From positions 5,548 through 69,547 of the forward strand of contig MHRT01000004.1 of assembly GCA_001821055.1 (NCBI GenBank): a stretch of 64,000 nucleotides of DNA, given 5' to 3'. The notes under the pieces were generated by a model. The model did no database searches. It was not told where the DNA came from and was given only the letters and a program-made list of their open reading frames with translations. The translations under genes were made by a program, and so were the position numbers. Source of the DNA: Candidatus Taylorbacteria bacterium RIFCSPHIGHO2_12_FULL_45_16. Its GTDB lineage: Bacteria > Patescibacteriota > Minisyncoccia > Phycocordibacterales > PALSA-1337. The stretch's first letter is position 1; the number at the start of each line of letters is the position of its first letter. Below are positions 57,632-64,000 of this stretch, piece after piece.

Positions 57632-58846
57632 TTAGAGGATTGTTGGTTTTGGAGCGGGTACGATGAATTTTCCCCCGTAGCCTTTTTCTTTAAGTTTTTT
57701 GATAAGAATCGGAGCAATAGTCCACGACAAGAGAAGGGCATACCCTGGCTGATCTTTAAAAAGATGAGATTCCTCTACGACCGGTATGTGCATTCCAGGA
57801 GTAAATTGGCCGATCTTGCGCTCACTCGTCTCGACGAGGTAACTTATAATCTGTGAGTCAATCTGACAGTAATTGAGAAGTGTGTTGCCTTTTGCGGGGG
57901 CGCCAATGCCGACAATCTTGTGACCTGCTATTTTTATATCAACGAGTATTTGTTGAAGGTTGAGTTTTGTCTTCTCTACTTCTTTTGCGAAATTGATATA
58001 TATTTTCTCATCATACAGTCCAGATCCTTTTTCTAATTCAAGGAGCTTCTCGACTGCAGATGAGATTGGATATTTTCCTCTCATGGCAGCATGGACTCGT
58101 ATGGAACCCCCATGAATAGGGATTCTTTCAGCATCAATGATCTCCATGCCAAACAATTCAAATAATGTGACGAGTGGTTTCAAAGTGTAATAACGTAAAT
58201 GTTCATGATAAATAAAATCATACTGTAGACCTTCTATCATATCGTAGGTGTAGCCAGATTCAGACACGAAAATTCCGTCGTCAGCCAGAAGTTCTTTTAC
58301 TCCATTCATAAATGAATGAAGATCGTCCACATGGGCAAATACATTTGTGGCAGTTATAATTTTTGCCTTACCATATTTTTTTGTAGCAATAATGGCAGTT
58401 TTTTCATTGAAGAAATCAACGATTGTAGATTGATTTTTTTTAATGGCGAGTCTTGTAACGCCCGAAGGATCAATACCAAGGATTTTTACATTATGAGAGA
58501 TATAGTTTTCGAGTAGGGAACCGTCATTTGATCCAATATCTACTACAAGATCTTTTTCTGTAAGTTTATACTTGGAAATTAGTTTTGAGGTAAAATCTTT
58601 GAAATGTTGTTTTAAGGTTTGGTTTGTGCCGCTATTGTAAGCATAATCTTCAGAAAAAAGAATCTTTGGATCCACTACAAAACCAAGCTGTACGAGATAG
58701 CAGTCTTTACAGAAAAAAAGATCAAGGGGATATGCAATTTCTTCTTTTTCCAATGCTTCTTTGCTCAAGAAAGCATCACTTGGTGGTTGATGACCTAGTG
58801 AAAGGAATTTGAACAGATTATTTTTTTTACAGATGAAACAAGACAT
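57632..58846 (-). CDS. NDP-sugar C-methyltransferase (second copy)
   Basis: CFIC...CKDC, DIGSNDG, TNVFAH, IYHEH, HGGSIR, GAPAKGNTLLN. Confidence 0.9.
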   Translation of the reverse strand: MSCFICKKNNLFKFLSLGHQPPSDAFLSKEALEKEEIAYPLDLFFCKDCYLVQLGFVVDPKILFSEDYAYNSGTNQTLKQHFKDFTSKLISKYKLTEKDLVVDIGSNDGSLLENYISHNVKILGIDPSGVTRLAIKKNQSTIVDFFNEKTAIIATKKYGKAKIITATNVFAHVDDLHSFMNGVKELLADDGIFVSESGYTYDMIEGLQYDFIYHEHLRYYTLKPLVTLFELFGMEIIDAERIPIHGGSIRVHAAMRGKYPISSAVEKLLELEKGSGLYDEKIYINFAKEVEKTKLNLQQILVDIKIAGHKIVGIGAPAKGNTLLNYCQIDSQIISYLVETSERKIGQFTPGMHIPVVEESHLFKDQPGYALLLSWTIAPILIKKLKEKGYGGKFIVPAPKPTIL

Positions 58847-58919
58847 AGATTTTTCAAGTTACTTTTGTGTCGCTATTTTGACTGAGAAATATCAAATTGA
58901 TAGTTATTGGTGAACATTT

Positions 58920-59945
58920 CTATTGTTTCAAATATTTTTCGACAAAACTCCTGGTCGTATACTCACGTTGTGCTCTATTGAAGGCGTTCTCGACCATTAT
59001 ACTGTATTTCGGCCAGTCATTTAGAATTGCTCTTATTTTTTCTTCAAGGTGCCCAGGTTCAAAATAAACAAACTCCTTGTCTTTCTCAAAATATCTCTCA
59101 ATTTCCCTGAATGGATCTTTTTGACACAAAAGTAGAGAGCGACAAAAAACAGCCTCAAAAATTCTGCCTTTTTGTTGTGGTACGGGATATTCTCTTTGAA
59201 AAATATAATTTCCAAATGAACTTAAAAAACTTTTTTTAGGGATATAGGCGAATGCCTTGTTACTTTCCCAGTCCTCCGTGTTTTGTATATTTGCGACATG
59301 TCGTGCGTTTGCATTTAAAAGTGTATGTACAACGGTTATTTTAGATTGCGAGGTTAATTTGAGTTTTTCCTTATAACTGATATTTTGGTCAGTAATATAT
59401 TTGTTTTTTGTCTTGGGAACATAGGACAATATTTTGCGGGCAATTTTTGTGTTTCTCCACAATTTATAGGTAAGTGTTTCTGATAAAGAGATGTACTTGT
59501 GGTTAAATTTCTTGATTGTTTTTATTGTATTTAATATATGACTCGAATGTATCCCGCCGATATAGATTACATCATAGATTTTCTCAGCTTTTGGTGGAGT
59601 ATAATCTTCATTAAAAGGGACAAAGACGTATGTACGTTTTTCATTACCCTGTTTCTTATTGAGCCATTCTGTCGTATATGGACACGCCGAGAGAATCTTA
59701 TAAAAATGCTCATCCCCATAGTCATCTCGACGAAATTTTGGATCTTTGGAGAAAAAACGATTAGGTTCCTCAAGTTCGTAATAAACAAGTTTTTTGTTTT
59801 TATATTCCTCTGCTTCCAGTGATTTGAAATTAATTCGAGCATCGATGAAAACAAAATCTTCTCCAATATTCTCAAATTTTTCGAAACCAAAAAAATTGAC
59901 AGTGTCTTCTTTTGGAAACTTTTTTGGAACCATACACATTTTCAT
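58920..59945 (-). CDS. Glycosyltransferase (Glyco_trans_1_2-like)
   Basis: YDVIYIG; KGRIFEA; YFEKDKEFVYF. Confidence 0.65.
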   Translation of the reverse strand: MKMCMVPKKFPKEDTVNFFGFEKFENIGEDFVFIDARINFKSLEAEEYKNKKLVYYELEEPNRFFSKDPKFRRDDYGDEHFYKILSACPYTTEWLNKKQGNEKRTYVFVPFNEDYTPPKAEKIYDVIYIGGIHSSHILNTIKTIKKFNHKYISLSETLTYKLWRNTKIARKILSYVPKTKNKYITDQNISYKEKLKLTSQSKITVVHTLLNANARHVANIQNTEDWESNKAFAYIPKKSFLSSFGNYIFQREYPVPQQKGRIFEAVFCRSLLLCQKDPFREIERYFEKDKEFVYFEPGHLEEKIRAILNDWPKYSIMVENAFNRAQREYTTRSFVEKYLKQ

Positions 59946-60056
59946 GTAATATATAAATTTATGATTGATTTAATCCTCGATGTTTTATATCTTAGCAACT
60001 TAAACGAATTTTTGGTATTTATGGACAATTATTGTTTTTTAGTGTATAAATAACAT

Positions 60057-61859
60057 ATGTTTTCTTTTAACATTGCTCGCATTATTGAAGCATACAAATT
60101 GACGAAGCGAATGTTTGGTGGGTACAAAAAACAGATTATCCTTTTGACGATACTGGGTTTTTTTAGTGGCCTTCTAGAGGCTGTTGGGGTTAATGCGCTG
60201 ATTCCACTTTTTTCTTTTTTTGTAAAAAGTGAGGAGCGTCTTGGGGGAGATCTCATAGCTCAATTCATCAAAGATTTTTTCGCGTTTCTTCACATGCCGT
60301 TTACACTACCGACCCTACTTATTTTTATCTGTGCTCTTTTCACTGTTAAGGCTCTTCTGACACTTTATTTTAATTATATTCGTGCGGATATTCGTTTGGA
60401 ATACGAACGTACTACCATGACTTCTCTTTATAAAGAAACCCTCTATGCTAACTGGCCGTATCTTTCAAGACAGAAAATTGGTCATCTTGAGACAATAATT
60501 ATGACTAATGTCCGCCAAAGCGCGAGACTATTAGAGAGCATTGCGCGCCATGTGGGAGTCGTCACGGAACTTCTCATTTATCTGTTTGTCGCTCTTACCA
60601 TATCCAAGACTGTGACACTTCTCACTCTCGTACTTGGTGGGTTTATCTTCCTTGTTTTTAAGCCCCTATTGTATAAAGTTCGTAACATGTCCAAGGAAAC
60701 TGAAGGATTGAATAGAGAAGTGTCAAGACATATAAATGAAAGTATTGGTGGGATGAAAATAATTAAAGCGATGGGAAGTGAAGATGATTTTATACGAATC
60801 AGCAGTTTTCATTTTGATTTATACCGTAAGCTTCTTGTACGCATATCCATTATCAATAATTTCATGATTACATTCATACAACCCATAAGTGTAGTCTTCA
60901 TCTCACTCGTTGTGGCTTTTGCTTATTATAAAACATCTTACAATATCGGCGCACTTGCAGCCATCATCTATCTTATTCAGAAAATGTTCGCGCATATACA
61001 GAGTTTGCAGGCCTTTGCACAGATTGTGAGCAACGATGTGCCCTATGTGCAAGGAGTGCTGACGTATAAAGAACAAGCGGTTCGATATAATGAACGGCAG
61101 GAAAAAAATAGGAGTGACATACCATTTTCTTTTAAAGACAGTCTCTCTTTTGAGAATGTTTCATTTGCGTATGAGACAGGAGATACCATCTTAAAAGACA
61201 TTTCCTTTATTGTACCAAAAGGTGCTACGGTTGGATTGATTGGGAAATCTGGATCTGGAAAAACAACTTTTTTCGATCTCGTGCTTAGATTATTGAAACC
61301 GGATTCTGGGGTGATTAAGATAGACGGTACCAATATTCAAAGTATCGATATTTCACTTTGGAGAAGCAGAATAGCCTATGTTCCACAAGATGTCTTTCTT
61401 TTAAATGACACAATTTATAATAATATTATATTTTACGATCAAAACATAAAAAGGGAAGAGGTGGAGTATGCCACAAGACTTGCCCATCTCGAAGAGTTTG
61501 TCAGAGAATTAAAGGATGGGTATAACACTATTGTCGGTGAACGCGGGGTGCGTCTTTCTGGTGGTCAACGTCAAAGGATTGCCATTGCCCGTGCGCTTGC
61601 CCGCCGCCCTGAGATATTACTCCTTGACGAAGCCACCAGTGCTCTTGATGTAGAATCAGAAGCGTATGTTCAAGAAGCAATCAAAGAACTCAAAGGAAAA
61701 ATGACGATTTTGATTATTGCCCATCGTCTTGGGACAGTCTCGCATAGTGACACACTGGTAGTAATTGACGATGGTCACATTATTGAATCAGGAAAACCTT
61801 CGGAACTTCTTAAAGACAAAGAAACATATTATGGACGAGTCTATAATATTCAAAATTAA
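60057..61859 (+). CDS. ABC transporter permease/ATPase (MsbA/PglK-like flippase)
   Basis: N-terminal TMD; GKSGSGKT, LSGGQRQR, LLLDEATSALD, IAHR. Confidence 0.93.
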   Translation: MFSFNIARIIEAYKLTKRMFGGYKKQIILLTILGFFSGLLEAVGVNALIPLFSFFVKSEERLGGDLIAQFIKDFFAFLHMPFTLPTLLIFICALFTVKALLTLYFNYIRADIRLEYERTTMTSLYKETLYANWPYLSRQKIGHLETIIMTNVRQSARLLESIARHVGVVTELLIYLFVALTISKTVTLLTLVLGGFIFLVFKPLLYKVRNMSKETEGLNREVSRHINESIGGMKIIKAMGSEDDFIRISSFHFDLYRKLLVRISIINNFMITFIQPISVVFISLVVAFAYYKTSYNIGALAAIIYLIQKMFAHIQSLQAFAQIVSNDVPYVQGVLTYKEQAVRYNERQEKNRSDIPFSFKDSLSFENVSFAYETGDTILKDISFIVPKGATVGLIGKSGSGKTTFFDLVLRLLKPDSGVIKIDGTNIQSIDISLWRSRIAYVPQDVFLLNDTIYNNIIFYDQNIKREEVEYATRLAHLEEFVRELKDGYNTIVGERGVRLSGGQRQRIAIARALARRPEILLLDEATSALDVESEAYVQEAIKELKGKMTILIIAHRLGTVSHSDTLVVIDDGHIIESGKPSELLKDKETYYGRVYNIQN

Positions 61860-61969
61860 AATTCAGTGGTAACGATAGTGCTTTACCCACATCCGTGTTA
61901 TATTAGCGGGTACATTATTATTTTGATTGATTATAAATTATTGTTTCTGCAGGAATGATAAACCATAAT

Positions 61970-64000
61970 ATGAATCTCCAAAAAATTCTACGTTCTGTTA
62001 TCTTTACCGCGCTTTTTCTAATTCCGGTGTTTGTTCTTTTTCCGATGCCATTTTGGCCTTTCAATTTTACTAACTCGATGTTCTTCCCGTTCATTACCGG
62101 CAAGGCATTTTATTTCCGCGCCCTAGTCGAAACCGCTTTCTCGATCTGGGTCATCCTTGCTTTTCTTGATCCAAGATACCGACCGAAAATTTCACCATTG
62201 ACTATCGGCGTCACCTTATTCAGCGTGGTTGCGCTTCTCGCAGACCTGCTTGGCGTCAATCCGCTTCGTAGCATCTGGTCAAACTTTGAGCGTATGGAAG
62301 GTTGGTTGGTCGTGGTGCATCTGTGGATGTTTTATATTGTTGCCTCGCACACTTTTGGTGCCGGCGAAACCGGTCTTTCCACGCAAACGGGGAAGCGTTT
62401 ATGGCACCGCTGGTTCAATGTCTCATTGGTTGTTGCTTCGGTTGTGTCTATATACGCCCTAGCCCAGCTTTTCGGCTGGACCGCAATTCATCAAGGCAGT
62501 ACTCGTTTGGATGCCTCGCTTGGCAACGCGGCATATTTGGCAGTTTATATGTTGATGCATATAGGCATTGCTATGTATATGTTTTTTGTGGCACGAGCCG
62601 GAAAAATAGCTAATGCTGGTTTTTTGCAGTGGCTGTATCCGGTTGTGGCGATTATATTCAGTTTCATAATTCTTCAGACTCAAACCCGAGGTTCTATTAT
62701 CGGTCTTATTGGCGGAATTGTTTTGGCCTTGGCTTTGTATGCTATCTTTGGTAAAGAAGAATCCAAAAAGCGACGTTGGATTGTGACCGGCGTCATCGGG
62801 GCAATCATGATTATCAGCGTTGTATTTTGGCTGTGTCGTAACACTCAGTTTATCAAAAACATCCCGGTTTTGGATCGCATCGGCAGTATTTCACTCTCCG
62901 ACACCAAGACTCAAGCTCGTGCCTATGTCTGGCCGATGGCTCTCAAAGGCTTTGCGGAACGACCAATTCTCGGCTGGGGTCAGGAGAATTTCAATTATAT
63001 CTTTAACAAGGATTACAACCCGGAGATGTGGCGGCATGAACAATGGTTCGATCGCGCACACAATGTGTTCCTTGATTGGTTGGTGGCTTCGGGTTTTATC
63101 GGCTTGGTGGCGTACCTCGCGTTGTATGTTTTGTTGCTTATGGCGATCTGGAGGTCGGACCTCAAGATTAGGCAAAAAAGCGTCTTAGCTGGTCTGATTG
63201 CCGGATACGCTGTCCACAACATATTTGTATTTGACAACTTGGCGAGCTACGTATTCTTTTTTGCCTTGCTTGGCTTCGGCGGTTCGCTAAGACGAAATGA
63301 GGCAAGAGACAAAGGCCGAGAGAATCAATTGTCGCCAGTCTCCAAGATTGGTTGTTGGCTGGAAAACAAAACATTCAGCACGGACGCGGTGGAATATATC
63401 GTGGCCCCAATTGTCATAATTGTTCTCTTTGCTGGTATATATTTTCTGAATGTGCGTCCGATTCAGGCGAACACTCGTCTGATTTCTGCGTTGCAGTCAT
63501 GCTCTGGCAATGGGGGAACTCCGGACGCCACTCTATTCGCCAAGGCTTTGGATATAAATTCTTATATGGCCAATCAAGAGATTCACGAACAGATTCTCTC
63601 ATGTTCAGGCGGGGTGATAAACAGTCAGTTGCCAGGTTCGATAAAGCAGAATTTCTTTGAACTGGCGACACAAGCAATCGGCGCTCAAATATTGGCCACA
63701 CCGGATGATGCTCGCATATATGTTCTCGGCGGAACATTCTTGTCCGGCATCGGTCAAATAGAAGAAGCGGAAAAAATCTTGACCAAAGCGCACGAATTGA
63801 CGCCACGAAAGCCGTCAGTCACGATTCAGCTGGCCAATATTTACCTAAATAAAGGTGATTTTGAAAAAAGCTTGGGATTATTGAAAGAAGCCTACGAATT
63901 GGAGCCAAGTCATCCGGAATCTGGCAAGGCTTATTTGATCGGGCTTATCGCCTCTGGTGATGAAGCCACGGCCCGTAAGCTATTCGGTAGTGATCCTTCG
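61970..64000 (+). CDS. O-antigen ligase/oligosaccharyltransferase (Wzy_C) with C-terminal TPR-like repeats; 3'-truncated by window
   Basis: Absent from the ORF track because no stop occurs in the window; manual translation gives MNLQKILRSV..FFPFITGK, LGNAAYLA, TQTRG, GWGQENF, FDRAHNVFLD. Confidence 0.85.
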   Translation, partial: MNLQKILRSVIFTALFLIPVFVLFPMPFWPFNFTNSMFFPFITGKAFYFRALVETAFSIWVILAFLDPRYRPKISPLTIGVTLFSVVALLADLLGVNPLRSIWSNFERMEGWLVVVHLWMFYIVASHTFGAGETGLSTQTGKRLWHRWFNVSLVVASVVSIYALAQLFGWTAIHQGSTRLDASLGNAAYLAVYMLMHIGIAMYMFFVARAGKIANAGFLQWLYPVVAIIFSFIILQTQTRGSIIGLIGGIVLALALYAIFGKEESKKRRWIVTGVIGAIMIISVVFWLCRNTQFIKNIPVLDRIGSISLSDTKTQARAYVWPMALKGFAERPILGWGQENFNYIFNKDYNPEMWRHEQWFDRAHNVFLDWLVASGFIGLVAYLALYVLLLMAIWRSDLKIRQKSVLAGLIAGYAVHNIFVFDNLASYVFFFALLGFGGSLRRNEARDKGRENQLSPVSKIGCWLENKTFSTDAVEYIVAPIVIIVLFAGIYFLNVRPIQANTRLISALQSCSGNGGTPDATLFAKALDINSYMANQEIHEQILSCSGGVINSQLPGSIKQNFFELATQAIGAQILATPDDARIYVLGGTFLSGIGQIEEAEKILTKAHELTPRKPSVTIQLANIYLNKGDFEKSLGLLKEAYELEPSHPESGKAYLIGLIASGDEATARKLFGSDPS

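Noticed and set aside
1-64000. CRISPR array, rRNA or prophage
   Set aside because: No regularly spaced repeats with spacers, cas genes, rRNA-like sequence or phage structural genes seen

Overview
Bacterial chromosome segment (standard code 11). The gene content suggests Patescibacteria/CPR (Parcubacteria-like); this is inferred, not searched. (1) 1-13 kb and 17-23 kb: housekeeping and cell-wall genes (pyk, radC, rsmI, mraY, two Mur-type ligases, TrwB/HerA-like ATPase). Interleaved with them is an unusual set: a LysW-like Zn-ribbon microprotein, a PLP enzyme, an ATE/Bpt-like aminoacyl-tRNA transferase, an NlpC/P60-like protein and an ATP-grasp enzyme. (2) 13.1-17.1 kb: a complete diversity-generating retroelement (DGR). 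It has a target gene with variable repeat VR 13867-13992, template repeat TR 14984-15109 (126 nt, 18 mismatches, all at TR adenines), an antisense avd gene and a reverse transcriptase. An IS200-type element sits between VR and TR, a G10 tract may frameshift avd, and a hicB-hicA pair follows. (3) 23-64 kb: a roughly 40 kb glycan biosynthesis locus with many GT4/GT2/GT11 glycosyltransferases, methyltransferases, sugar-nucleotide enzymes, an ABC flippase and an O-antigen ligase-TPR gene that runs off the window. All calls are by-eye motif recognition; no database searches or folding programs were run.
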